This document shows positions 29,572 through 40,769 of a stretch of 64,000 nt of DNA, in pieces. The DNA comes from an uncultured Candidatus Binatia bacterium. GTDB taxonomy: Bacteria; Desulfobacterota; Binatia; UBA9968; JAJDTQ01. The stretch's first letter is position 1; the number at the start of each line of letters is the position of its first letter. The position numbers and the translations under genes were made by a program. The stretch lies in the NCBI GenBank assembly GCA_965213675.1, contig OZ243916.1, positions 3,520,001 to 3,584,000 on the forward strand, in the 5' to 3' direction. The notes beneath the pieces are model-generated. The model worked only from the letters and a program-made list of their open reading frames with translations. It did no database searches and was not told the origin of the DNA.

Positions 29572-30717
29572 ATGAGCGATCTGGCGACCATGAGGACCGA
29601 TGTGGTGGGGAGTCTGCTGCGGCCCGAGGGGCTCAAGGACGCGCGGCGGCGTTTTGAGGCGGGTGAGTTGGATGCGGACGGACTGCGGGCGGCCGAGGAC
29701 GCGGCCATTCGGGAGGCGGTGGCCTTGCAGGAGAGCCTGGGGCTGGGCGTGGTCACCGACGGGGAGTTCCGCAGGCTCAACTTCCAGGACAGCTTCGGCG
29801 CGTGCGTGGAGGGGTTCCGCTCCGGCTCGGCGCGCATGGAGATCCTGGAGCGGCAATCCCGCGGTGGGAAGGCGTTGCGGCGCTGGGACGTGCAGCGCGA
29901 CGTGAACCCCGAAGTGCCGGTGTGGCACCGGCTGCCGGCGGTGGAGCGACTGCGCCTGGCGCGGAACCTGCCGCTGGAGGAATACCGCTTTCTCGGCGCG
30001 GCCACGGGCACGCCGGCCAAGGTGGCGCTGGTGGGACCCGACCGCATCAGCCAGCGTTTCGACCATGAGAACTCGCGGGACGTCTACCCTACGGTGGAGG
30101 ATTTCCTGGATGATGTCGTGGCCATCGAGAAGGCCATGGTGGCGGGTCTGGTGGAGGCCGGCTGCGGCTACGTGCAGATCGATGCCCCCGGCTACACCGC
30201 CTACGTGGACGAGCCGTCCCTGGCGGCCATGCGCGAGCGCGGCGAAGACCCGGAAGCGAACCTGGAGCGCTCCATCGCCGCGGACAACCGCATCGTCGAA
30301 GCCTTCGGCGACGCCGTGTCCGGCATCCACCTGTGCCGCGGCAACCAGCGCAGCATGTGGCACCGCGAGGGGTCCTATGACGCCGTGGCCGAACGCTTGT
30401 TCTCCGGGCTGCGGCACCGCCGGTTGCTGCTGGAATACGACACCGAGCGCGCTGGCGGGTTCGAGCCGTTGCGGTTCGTCCCCAAGGAGACGGTGGTGGT
30501 GCTGGGTCTCGTGAGCACCAAGGTGCCGGACCTGGAGAGCGTGGACCGACTGGCTCGGCGCATCGATGACGCCGCCCGTTATCTGCCGCTGGAGCAGTTG
30601 GCCATCAGCCCCCAATGCGGCTTCTCCTCCGACGTGGTGGGCAATCTCGTCACGCCCGACGACCAGAAGCGCAAGCTCGAGCGGGTGGTGGAGACTGCGC
30701 GACAGGTGTGGGGATGA
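29572..30717 (+). CDS. Cobalamin-independent methionine synthase II-like protein (single-barrel MetE-like)
   Basis: VVGSLLRP, TDGEFRR, HLCRGN, LEYD and SPQCGF Zn-ligand motifs. Confidence 0.9.
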   Translation: MSDLATMRTDVVGSLLRPEGLKDARRRFEAGELDADGLRAAEDAAIREAVALQESLGLGVVTDGEFRRLNFQDSFGACVEGFRSGSARMEILERQSRGGKALRRWDVQRDVNPEVPVWHRLPAVERLRLARNLPLEEYRFLGAATGTPAKVALVGPDRISQRFDHENSRDVYPTVEDFLDDVVAIEKAMVAGLVEAGCGYVQIDAPGYTAYVDEPSLAAMRERGEDPEANLERSIAADNRIVEAFGDAVSGIHLCRGNQRSMWHREGSYDAVAERLFSGLRHRRLLLEYDTERAGGFEPLRFVPKETVVVLGLVSTKVPDLESVDRLARRIDDAARYLPLEQLAISPQCGFSSDVVGNLVTPDDQKRKLERVVETARQVWG

Positions 30718-30871
30718 CGGACTTTCCGGCTTTGCCGGCGGCCGCGTGACGCGGAAGCGTTCGTGCGCCGCCAGGCTTTCGAAGCGCAGTGAGGATTCAT
30801 CGGACCCATTCATCATCGACCTCATTCATGGGCGGAGGACAGCCCATGAAGACGCACGGAGACCCGAACCC

Positions 30872-31996
30872 ATGAAAATCAGCGCCATCAAGACCCGGAG
30901 GCTCGCGAACATCCCGCTGGACCTGCCTTTTCACGAACGCCGGACGGCATCCGTGGACCTGTTGTGGGTGGAGACCGACCAAGGGCTTGTGGGGACGGCC
31001 GAGATCGGCCACGGGCCGGGGGCTGCCATCCTGCGGTTCATCGAGGCGGACCTGACGCCCTTTCTCCTGGGTCGGGACCCGCTGGAAAACGAGCGCCTCA
31101 TGCACGAGATGCGCTGGCGTTTCAACCCGAGGGCTGAGCCCGGCGTGTGGAACCCGGCGGTGAGCGCGGTGGACGTGGCGTTGTGGGACATCAAGGGCAA
31201 GCTCTACGACAAGCCGGTGTGGCGCCTCCTCGGCGCCGCGCAGCCGTCGGTCCCATGCTACTTCACCTTCGGTCTCAGGAGCTACGGCCGGGATGCGCTG
31301 GTGGAAGCGGCGCGGCACTGGGTGGCGCGCGGCCACAAGCGTCTCAAGCTGATGGTCGGACGCCTCAATATGCGCGGCGAGATGGACATGCGCGGGGCCA
31401 GCGGGGCGCACCGGGAGGACGATCCGGCGGAGGACGAGCGCCGGGTGCGGGCGGTGCGGGAAGCGGTGGGGGACGAAGTGGAACTCATGGTGGACGCCGC
31501 CTGCCTGCTGCGCTACGACGCAGCGCTGCGCTGGTGCAAGCGGCTGGAGCCCTGCAACCTCATGTGGTTCGAGGAGCCCCTTCTGCGGAACGATCCGGAG
31601 CGGCTGGCGGCGCTGCGGCGCCATACTTCCATCCCCATCGCCGCCGGGCAATGGGAGGACTTCCACGGCCTGGCCGGCCTCGTGCGGGGCGATGCCGTGG
31701 ACTTTCTCAATATTCAGGTGGGCTCCGTGGGCGGATTCACCATGGGCATGAAAGCGGCGGCGCTGGCGCAGGCGTTCGACCTACCCATCGGCAACGGCGC
31801 CTACTACGACATGAACCTGCACGCCGCCGTCCCCAACGGCTGGCGCACCGAGTTCCACGTCAACGACTGGCACATGGCCAGGACCCTCTACCGGGACCCG
31901 CCCGAGCCCGAGGACGGTTGGGCGACCCTGCCGGAAACCCCCGGACACGGCATGATTCTCAACGACGACGCGGTGCGGGAATACGCGCGGGACTGA
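30872..31996 (+). CDS. Mandelate racemase/muconate lactonizing enzyme family
   Basis: SAVDVALWDIKGK, KLMVG, LMVDA, WFEEP, PETPGHG. Confidence 0.9.
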   Translation: MKISAIKTRRLANIPLDLPFHERRTASVDLLWVETDQGLVGTAEIGHGPGAAILRFIEADLTPFLLGRDPLENERLMHEMRWRFNPRAEPGVWNPAVSAVDVALWDIKGKLYDKPVWRLLGAAQPSVPCYFTFGLRSYGRDALVEAARHWVARGHKRLKLMVGRLNMRGEMDMRGASGAHREDDPAEDERRVRAVREAVGDEVELMVDAACLLRYDAALRWCKRLEPCNLMWFEEPLLRNDPERLAALRRHTSIPIAAGQWEDFHGLAGLVRGDAVDFLNIQVGSVGGFTMGMKAAALAQAFDLPIGNGAYYDMNLHAAVPNGWRTEFHVNDWHMARTLYRDPPEPEDGWATLPETPGHGMILNDDAVREYARD

Positions 31997-32354
31997 ATCC
32001 GGGTGTTGGCGGGAACCGCGACCCGCGCGGCTGCGCACGGGCGCCTGGGCGCGCCTCGGGATAGGGCGCAGCGATGCGGCGTAGCGGTGCTCTGCGCCAC
32101 CCCGGACGTCCCACTCACCTCACCGCGGCGATCCCCCGGGCGACCCACGGCACGCGTCGGACCGGCGTGGGAAGGAGGCTGGAGGCGGGCGCAAAAGGGG
32201 TTCTTGCGAAGCGTTTTGGGGTTCTTGCGGAGCGTTTTCGAGAACGAAAACGCTCCGCAATGTCAAGCGAAACCACCGCCGGAAATGGGTTGACCGCTTA
32301 TCGGGGATGTTCTAAGAGTCCTACTTTCGAAAATCGAGAAGAGAGGAATGAGGC

Positions 32355-33647
<1,293 letters not shown>

Positions 33648-33906
33648 CCGTTCCAGGGGAGCTGGTTCGGCTGGTGCGGGACCGGTTCCCGTCGCACCTG
33701 GATGGCGCGGCTTGGGTCTGCGTCTGGGCTCGACGTCATCCGACACGGACACTTAACCCGAGCGTCATCATCCTTTAACCGGGTGCTGACTAAAAGAATT
33801 GCATGCAGGCTGCGCCGGCCGGCGGTGTCGAAGGACGGATGTGTTGAAGGGAATGGCTGGCGCGTCCAGTGATTGGAACGGCCCAAGTCCGGGAAAGGAA
33901 ACGGTC

Positions 33907-34890
33907 ATGAAAAGATTGCTTACCGCGGCCAGCGCGCTGGCGGCGATGCTCATCCTCGGCGGTTCGGCCTGGGCGGTATCGGGCAAGTTGGTCCTTTACA
34001 CAAGTCAGCCGAACCGCGACGCGCAGCAGACGGTGGATGCCTTCAAAGCCAAACATCCCGGCGTCGACGTGGAGTGGGTTCGTGACGGGACCACCAAGGT
34101 CATGGCCAAGCTTCGGGCGGAGTTCGCGGCCGGGAGCCCACAGCCGGACGTCCTGCTCATCGCCGATACGGTCACGATGGAGGGCCTGAAGCGTGAGGGC
34201 CGCCTTATGGCCCATGCCGGCGCGCCCGTGGGCGACTACGATCCAGCCCTCTACGACAAGGAGAAACACTACTTCTCCACCAAGCTCATCACCACGGGCA
34301 TCGTGTACCATAACAAGGCCTCGACGAAGCCTTCGTCGTGGCAGGATCTCGTGGCGGCCGATGCCAAGGGCCTGGTGGCGATGCCGAGCCCGCTGACCTC
34401 CGGCGCGGCCTTGATCCACCTCGCCACGCTTACGGCTCACCCCGAACTGGGCTGGTCGTATTACGAGAAACTCGCGGCCAACGACGTCAATCCCAAGGGC
34501 GGCAACGGGGGCACCTTCCGCGCGGTGGCCGGCGGCGAGAAGATGTACGGCATGGTGGTGGATTTCCTGCCCATCCGCGAAAGGGCCAAGGGTTCGCCCG
34601 TCCGTTTCGTTTTCCCGGCGGAAGGCGTGAGCGCGGTGACCGAACCCGTTGCGATTCTGAGTACCGCCAGGAACCCCGAGGCGGCCAAGGCCTTCGTCGA
34701 CTTCCTGCTGTCGCGCGAGGGTCAGGAACTGGCGGGCGGTCAAGGCTATCTCCCTGCCCATCCCGCGGTGGCCCCGCCCCGGGGCTTTCCGCCGCGCGAC
34801 CAGATCAAGCTGATGTCCTTCGATGCCGGCAAGGCCCTCACCGATGCGGAATCCAACAAGAAGCGTTTCGGCGAGGTCTTCGGGCGCTAG
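33907..34890 (+). CDS. ABC transporter substrate-binding protein (Fe3+/AfuA-like)
   Basis: Signal peptide; LVLYTSQP; NPEAAKAFVDFLLSREGQ. Confidence 0.88.
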   Translation: MKRLLTAASALAAMLILGGSAWAVSGKLVLYTSQPNRDAQQTVDAFKAKHPGVDVEWVRDGTTKVMAKLRAEFAAGSPQPDVLLIADTVTMEGLKREGRLMAHAGAPVGDYDPALYDKEKHYFSTKLITTGIVYHNKASTKPSSWQDLVAADAKGLVAMPSPLTSGAALIHLATLTAHPELGWSYYEKLAANDVNPKGGNGGTFRAVAGGEKMYGMVVDFLPIRERAKGSPVRFVFPAEGVSAVTEPVAILSTARNPEAAKAFVDFLLSREGQELAGGQGYLPAHPAVAPPRGFPPRDQIKLMSFDAGKALTDAESNKKRFGEVFGR

Positions 34891-34912
34891 CGCGCCGGCG
34901 CCGGATGGACGC

Positions 34913-36619
34913 ATGCCCCGCTTCCGGGGACGGTTTCAAAGGGGCGGCGAACACCTGTTGTTCGCCGCCCTTGTGCTGTTTGTCGCGCTGCTGAGCGTGC
35001 TGCCCATGGGGCGGCTGCTGCTGGAAGGCGTCGCTCCGGGCGGCGTGTTCGATACCGCCGTTCTGGAAGAAGTGCTCTCGGCGCGTTCGACCTGGCGGGC
35101 GACGGGGCGCACCCTGTTCACGGCCGGCCTGGGCACGGTCATCGCCATCGCGCTGGGCACGGCGTTCGCGCTGGCGGTGGCGCTCACCGACGTGCGCGCG
35201 AAGGGCTCTCTCGTCTTTTGCTTCATGTTGCCCTTGATGATCCCGCCCCAGATCACCGCGCTCAGTTGGATACAACTCTTCGGCCCTTCGAGCCCGCTGC
35301 TCAACGCGCTGGGCATCGCGCCGCCGCCGGGCACACCGCACCCCATGTACTCGCGCGAGGGTATCGGCCTGCTGCTCGGCATCCAGCACTCCGCGTTGGT
35401 TTTCCTGGCCATGCGGGCCGGCTTGCGGGGTCTGCCGCGCGAGATCGTCGAGGCCGCCCGTGCTTCCGGGGCCGGCATCTCCAGGGTGCTGCGCGACGTA
35501 GTCATTCCCTTGATGACGCCGGCGCTGGTGGCCGGCGCCGCGCTTGCCTTTGTGTCCGCGGTGGGCAACTTCGGCATTCCCGCTCTGCTCGGCATTCCGG
35601 CCCGCTACACCGTGCTCCCGACACTCATTTTTCAACGCTTGTCGAGCTTCGGACCCACCATTATCTCCGAGGTCGCGGTGTTGTCGATCATCGTGGGTCT
35701 GATCGCGTTCTCCGGCGTGCTGCTCCAGGGCTGGATGCTGCGGCGGCGCGACTACCGCACCATGGGACCGGCGTCCCAGCCCCTCGACTTCAAGCTCGGG
35801 ACCTGGCGGCCGTTCGTGGAGGCGGCAAGTTGGCTCGTGATCTTCTTCATTCTGGTGGCGCCCGTGGCCGCGTTGGTCTCCACCTCGCTGGTCCCCGCCT
35901 ACGGCGTCACGCTGGGACCCGGCACGGCGACCCTGGACAATTATGTCGAGGTGCTGGCGCGGCAGGATGCGACCATTCGCGCTTTCCGCAACAGCTTTCT
36001 GTTGGCGGGCGGCGCCGCCGTGACTCTGGTGGGCGTCTCGCTGGTATTGGCCTACTTCGTGACCCGAAGGCGCAGCCGCATTCTCGGCGCCCTGAACCTG
36101 GCGGCGGAGCTTCCCTATGCGTTGCCGGGGGTGGTCCTGGCCATCGCCGCCATTCTGATCTTCCTCAGACCGCTGCCACTGCTCGGCTTCAGCATCTACA
36201 ACACGGTCTGGATCATTTTTGCGGCGTACCTGGCCCGCTTCCTGACGCTGAGCTTGCGGCCCGTGATCAGCGGCTACCACCAGCTCGATCCCACCCTGGA
36301 GGAAGCGGCGCAGATGGCGGGCGCCACCTTGGTGTACCGGCTGGTGACGGTGATGATGCCAGTGCTCGCGCCGGTGGCCGTGGCCGGAGGAATCGTCGTG
36401 TTCCTGACGGCCTTCAACGAACTGACCGTATCGGTGCTCTTGTGGTCTTCCGGCGCGGAGACGCTCGGCGTCGTTGTCTTCAACCTCGACGACGGCGGCT
36501 ACACGACACTGGCGGCCGCGGTGGCGGTGGTCACGGTGCTGGTGGTGTTGCTGTTGATGCTGGCGACGCAGATGATTTCCCGGCGCCTGCCCCGGGGTGT
36601 GCTGCCCTGGGAGGGGTAG
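34913..36619 (+). CDS. ABC transporter permease (FbpB-like, two EAA loops)
   Basis: EAARASGA and EEAAQMAGA motifs; about 12 TM segments. Confidence 0.9.
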   Translation: MPRFRGRFQRGGEHLLFAALVLFVALLSVLPMGRLLLEGVAPGGVFDTAVLEEVLSARSTWRATGRTLFTAGLGTVIAIALGTAFALAVALTDVRAKGSLVFCFMLPLMIPPQITALSWIQLFGPSSPLLNALGIAPPPGTPHPMYSREGIGLLLGIQHSALVFLAMRAGLRGLPREIVEAARASGAGISRVLRDVVIPLMTPALVAGAALAFVSAVGNFGIPALLGIPARYTVLPTLIFQRLSSFGPTIISEVAVLSIIVGLIAFSGVLLQGWMLRRRDYRTMGPASQPLDFKLGTWRPFVEAASWLVIFFILVAPVAALVSTSLVPAYGVTLGPGTATLDNYVEVLARQDATIRAFRNSFLLAGGAAVTLVGVSLVLAYFVTRRRSRILGALNLAAELPYALPGVVLAIAAILIFLRPLPLLGFSIYNTVWIIFAAYLARFLTLSLRPVISGYHQLDPTLEEAAQMAGATLVYRLVTVMMPVLAPVAVAGGIVVFLTAFNELTVSVLLWSSGAETLGVVVFNLDDGGYTTLAAAVAVVTVLVVLLLMLATQMISRRLPRGVLPWEG

Positions 36620-36621
36620 GG

Positions 36622-37677
36622 CTACGGGGCCGACGGGATCACCCAGGCGTCGTCCACGGCGATGCGCAGCCTTGCGCCGACGGCCGGCGGCTGCCGCAGC
36701 CACAGCCGTACCGGCGCCTTGCCAGCGTCGGCGATGGCGTCGATGGCATAGACGCCGCCGCGGTAGCTCGTGCGCCGCACGGTCACGGCAAAGCCGTGGT
36801 TCTCATCGGGACGCAGGGCCTCGGGTCTGAGGCACAGCCGCACCGGCCCCGGCGTGGCGCGGTTGCCGGCTCGCACGGTGCACTCATGGCCGAACACCGT
36901 GGTGCGGCCACGGCCTGCCACGGGAGGGTGCGTCAGGGTCGCCTCGACGATGACCCCTTCGCCGATGAAGTTCCCGACCATCGGCGTCTCGGGTTCTTCG
37001 TAGAGTGTTTCGGGCGCCGCGGCCTGTTCGATGCGGCCGTTGGACATCACCGCGATGCGGTCGGCCATGGCCATGGCCTCGGCTTGATCGTGGGTGATGT
37101 AAAGGATAGTGGTGCGGGTCTTGCGGTGAAGGTCCACGAATTCGTCCTGCATGGCCGCTCGCAGGTGAACGTCCAGATTGGCCAGGGGCTCGTCGAACAG
37201 GAGCAGGCGCGGTTCCATGACCAGGCACCGGGCCAGCGCCACGCGCTGGCGCTGGCCTCCGGAAAGGTCCGCCGGGCGGCGCGCCGCAAGGCTCTCCAAC
37301 CCCACGGTGGTGAGAGCGTCGCGCACCGGCTCACGGCGGTCGCCCGGATTGACGCCGGCGACGCGCAACGGGTAGCCGACGTTGTCGGCCACGTTCATGT
37401 GCGGCCACAGCGCATAGGACTGAAAGACGATCCCGACGCGCCGCCGCTCCGGCGGCACGTGAACGCCAGCGCCCGACATCACCGTCTCATCGAACAGCAC
37501 GCGACCCGATGTGGGGCGCTCGAAACCGGCAATCAGACGGAGGATCGTGGTCTTGCCGCAGCCGGAAGGGCCCAGCAAAGCGAGGAACTCGCCGTCCCGG
37601 ACCGTAAGGGTGATGTCGTCGACGGCTTTGATCGCGCCGAAGTGTTTCGATAACCGTTCCAGAGTCAATTGCGCCAT
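36622..37677 (-). CDS. ABC transporter ATP-binding protein (FbpC/PotA-like)
   Basis: GPSGCGKT, LSGGQRQR, DEPLANLD, THDQAEA and a TOBE-like tail. Confidence 0.92.
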   Translation of the reverse strand: MAQLTLERLSKHFGAIKAVDDITLTVRDGEFLALLGPSGCGKTTILRLIAGFERPTSGRVLFDETVMSGAGVHVPPERRRVGIVFQSYALWPHMNVADNVGYPLRVAGVNPGDRREPVRDALTTVGLESLAARRPADLSGGQRQRVALARCLVMEPRLLLFDEPLANLDVHLRAAMQDEFVDLHRKTRTTILYITHDQAEAMAMADRIAVMSNGRIEQAAAPETLYEEPETPMVGNFIGEGVIVEATLTHPPVAGRGRTTVFGHECTVRAGNRATPGPVRLCLRPEALRPDENHGFAVTVRRTSYRGGVYAIDAIADAGKAPVRLWLRQPPAVGARLRIAVDDAWVIPSAP

Positions 37678-37850
37678 GGCGTCGGTTGGGTTGAGGGGAC
37701 GGTCCAGGTCGCGCGGCCTGCGCCATGGGATGTCACGGACAGGACGCCGGAACTGGACCCTCCGCGGCCCGTTTGTTACAGGTAACACGTAACATGTCTC
37801 GTCCGTTCTGTTGAACTCTGTCCGTTGAACCCTTGAAGGTGTGTTCCGCC

Positions 37851-38720
37851 ATGGCCAATGACCGCGTGACCTTGGGGCTGATCCAGGCGCGGGCGTCCCT
37901 GGACCCGGATCGCAACCTCATTGCCACCGCCCGGCGCATTCGGCTGGCCGCGGAAGGCGGCGCCCGGATCGTGTGCGTCCAGGAGCTTTTCCGCTCGCGT
38001 TATTTTCCCCAGACCGAGGACACCGAAGCCTTCACCCTGGCGGAGCCGATTCCCGGACCCACCGCGGACTGTCTCTGTGCGCTGGCCCGGGAGTTGGAGG
38101 TGGTGCTGGTGGCGTCGGTGTTCGAGGCGCGCGCCCCGGGCGTTTATCACAACACCGCCATGGTCATCGACGCGGACGGGGAGATCGCCGGCCGCTACCG
38201 CAAGATGCACATTCCGGATGATCCCGGCTTCTACGAGAAGTTCTACTTCACTCCCGGCGATCTGGGTTTCCGTACCTTCCAGACCCGCTATGCGCGGATC
38301 GCCGTGCTCATATGCTGGGACCAGTGGTTCCCGGAAGCGGCGCGGCTGGCCGCCTTGGGCGGCGCCGAGATCGTTTTCTATCCCACCGCCATCGGCTGGG
38401 GCGCGGGAGAGACCCGCGCCGCGCGCCGGACCCAACTGGAAGCCTGGGAGCTGGTGCAGCGGTCTCACGCGGTCACCAACGGGATCTACGTGGCCGCCGT
38501 CAACCGGGTGGGCCGCGAGGGGAAGATCCATTTCTGGGGCAGTTCCTTCGTGGCCGACCCTTCGGGCCGGGTGCGGGCGCGGGCGGCCGCGGACAAGCCC
38601 GAGACCCTGCTGGTGGACTGCGGCCTCGGCGACATCGCCGAAGCGCGTCACAACTGGCCGTTCCTGAGGGACCGGCGCACCGACGCCTACGGCGGCCTCA
38701 CCCGGCAGTTTCTGGATTGA
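37851..38720 (+). CDS. aguB: N-carbamoylputrescine amidase (CN hydrolase)
   Basis: QELF, YRKMHIPDDPGFYEKFYFTPGD, ICWDQWFPEAAR, WPFLRDRR. Confidence 0.9.
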   Translation: MANDRVTLGLIQARASLDPDRNLIATARRIRLAAEGGARIVCVQELFRSRYFPQTEDTEAFTLAEPIPGPTADCLCALARELEVVLVASVFEARAPGVYHNTAMVIDADGEIAGRYRKMHIPDDPGFYEKFYFTPGDLGFRTFQTRYARIAVLICWDQWFPEAARLAALGGAEIVFYPTAIGWGAGETRAARRTQLEAWELVQRSHAVTNGIYVAAVNRVGREGKIHFWGSSFVADPSGRVRARAAADKPETLLVDCGLGDIAEARHNWPFLRDRRTDAYGGLTRQFLD

Positions 38721-38723
38721 TTC

Positions 38724-39797
38724 GTGGGACGGGATCTGGCGGATCCGCGGGGCGCGGGCTATCGGATGCCGGCGGAATGGGAGCCCCACGCGGCCACGTG
38801 GCTCGCTTGGCCGCACAACCATGACACCTGGCCGGATCATCTGGAGCGGGTGCGGGAAACCTGGGCGGAGATGATCGGGGCACTGCTCCCGAGCGAGACC
38901 GTCCGCCTTCTGGTGAACGACGCGGCCTCTGAAGCCGTGGTCGCGGCACGGCTCCGGCAATGCGGCGTCGACGCGAGCCGCGTGGTGTTCCATCGCGTGC
39001 CCACGGTCGACGTGTGGATCCGTGACTACGGGCCGACCTTCATCACCCGCGCCGTGCCGCCCGCGGCCCTGGCTTTCGTGAATTGGCGATTCAATGCCTG
39101 GGGGCTCAAGTACGCGGACTACGTGGCGGACGGCGCCGTGCCGCTGCGAATGAACGAGTCCCTGGGGTTGCCGGCGTTCATGGCGGACATGGTCCTGGAA
39201 GGCGGCTCCATTGAGGTCAACGGCGCCGGTCTGTGTCTGGTGACCGAGCAGTGCCTGCTGAATCCCAACCGCGGCCCGGGCCGGGGGCGGAAGGAAGTCG
39301 AGGCGCTGCTGGAGACGGCGCTGGGACTGCAACGCCTGCTGTGGCTGCCCGCGGGCATGGCCGGGGACGATACCGACGGCCACATCGACAACCTCGCGCG
39401 TTTCGTGGATCCGGAAACGGTCGTGTGCGTGGTGGAACCGGATCCCGAGGACGAGAACCACCGGGCGCTCCAGGAGAACCACCGCTGTCTGGCCGCCGCC
39501 ACGGACACGGCCGGCCGGCGGCTGCGCGTGGTTCCGCTGCCTCAGCCCGACCCGGTGACCGCGGACGGCGCGCGGCTGCCTGCGAGCTACGCCAATTTCT
39601 ACATTGCCAACGGCGTGGTGCTGGTGCCGCTCTACGGCGGTCCCAAGGACCGGGTCGCGCTGGACACCTTGGCGGACCTGTTTCCCGGGCGCCGAATGGC
39701 CGGCATCGACGCACGCGCGCTGATCCTGGGACTGGGTGGGATCCACTGCGTGACCCAGCAGGAACCGCGGCTTGACAGGCAATGCGGGGCTCTCTAG
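38724..39797 (+). CDS. aguA: Agmatine deiminase
   Basis: MPAEWEPH, WIRDYGP, EGGSIEVNG, DTDGHID, ASYANFY, GGIHCVTQQ. Confidence 0.93.
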   Translation: MGRDLADPRGAGYRMPAEWEPHAATWLAWPHNHDTWPDHLERVRETWAEMIGALLPSETVRLLVNDAASEAVVAARLRQCGVDASRVVFHRVPTVDVWIRDYGPTFITRAVPPAALAFVNWRFNAWGLKYADYVADGAVPLRMNESLGLPAFMADMVLEGGSIEVNGAGLCLVTEQCLLNPNRGPGRGRKEVEALLETALGLQRLLWLPAGMAGDDTDGHIDNLARFVDPETVVCVVEPDPEDENHRALQENHRCLAAATDTAGRRLRVVPLPQPDPVTADGARLPASYANFYIANGVVLVPLYGGPKDRVALDTLADLFPGRRMAGIDARALILGLGGIHCVTQQEPRLDRQCGAL

Positions 39798-39958
39798 TGT
39801 GGTGTCTGGTTAATTCGGGTCATAATCTGCGGGTCTTTTTCGCCGTCGGCTGCGTTGCTCTTCCTCGCGTGGTACACGCCACTGCTCGTCATCGCGCCTT
39901 GCCGACAACAAAAAATCCTCCGCAGATTATGACCCGAATTAACCAGACACCACACTAG
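39794..39958 (-). mobile_element. MITE copy 3
   Basis: CTAG plus perfect 35-bp TIRs; its CTAG contains the aguA stop codon. Confidence 0.9.
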
Positions 39959-40038
39959 TGTTCTGCCTCGGGGGCAACCCGCCGTGTCATTCCGGCGAGA
40001 CAGCGTATTCTTCCCGGACACGAAACCGTGTCCCTGTT

Positions 40039-40287
40039 TCACCAGATCATGCGTGAGACCCGGAAGTGGGCTTGGGCGTATTCATTGGCCTTGGCCTCGG
40101 CGGCTTCGGCCGAGGCCGCGCTGAAGCGGAGCGGCAACCCTTCCTGCGCCAGCACCAGGCAGGCGTCGGCGAGGTTGGCGCCGCCGATGATCACGAGGTA
40201 CGCGGACCACGTACCGGCTTCCTCGGTTGAGCGGATCTCCACCCGGATGACGCCGTCGATGGAGGGAAGATGAATGTCGAGTTTCAT
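40039..40287 (-). CDS. Small hypothetical protein
   Basis: 82-aa ORF with coding-like codon bias, divergent from queF. Confidence 0.6.
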   Translation of the reverse strand: MKLDIHLPSIDGVIRVEIRSTEEAGTWSAYLVIIGGANLADACLVLAQEGLPLRFSAASAEAAEAKANEYAQAHFRVSRMIW

Positions 40288-40379
40288 GCCGGGGCAGTCT
40301 GTAGTCCGGGGCGGTCCATGTCAAGGCTTGTGATAACCCACGCGAAACGCGACTGAAACGCGACTGAAAGGCGAGCATC

Positions 40380-40769
40380 GTGCCGACGCAACCCAGCAAG
40401 GAACTGCATACCATACCCAATCCGCGACCGGACCGGGACTACGAGGTGGCCATGGAATGCCCCGAGTTCACCTGCGTCTGCCCCAAGACCGGGCAGCCGG
40501 ATTTCGCTACCATCCGCATCCGCTACGTTCCCGGGCCGCGTTGCGTCGAGCTGCTGTCGTTGAAGCTCTACCTCTGGTCGTACCGCGGGGAGGGCGCCTT
40601 TCACGAGGATGTGGTGAACCGCATACTGGACGATCTGGTGGCGGCCTGCGCGCCCAAGTACATGAGCGTGGCCGGGGACTTCAACGTGCGGGGCGGCATC
40701 CATGCAATGGTGACCGCGGAACACGGCGCGCGGCCCCAAGGCGCCGGCCGTAGCCCCTCGGCGCGATGA
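40380..40769 (+). CDS. queF: preQ1 synthase (7-cyano-7-deazaguanine reductase)
   Basis: [31 protein letters not shown]. Confidence 0.93.
   Translation: MPTQPSKELHTIPNPRPDRDYEVAMECPEFTCVCPKTGQPDFATIRIRYVPGPRCVELLSLKLYLWSYRGEGAFHEDVVNRILDDLVAACAPKYMSVAGDFNVRGGIHAMVTAEHGARPQGAGRSPSAR

Noticed and set aside
32198-32240. Short tandem duplications (21-bp unit upstream of gltA; 11-bp GAAACGCGACT upstream of queF near 40344-40368)
   Set aside because: Only two units each, with no supportable function.
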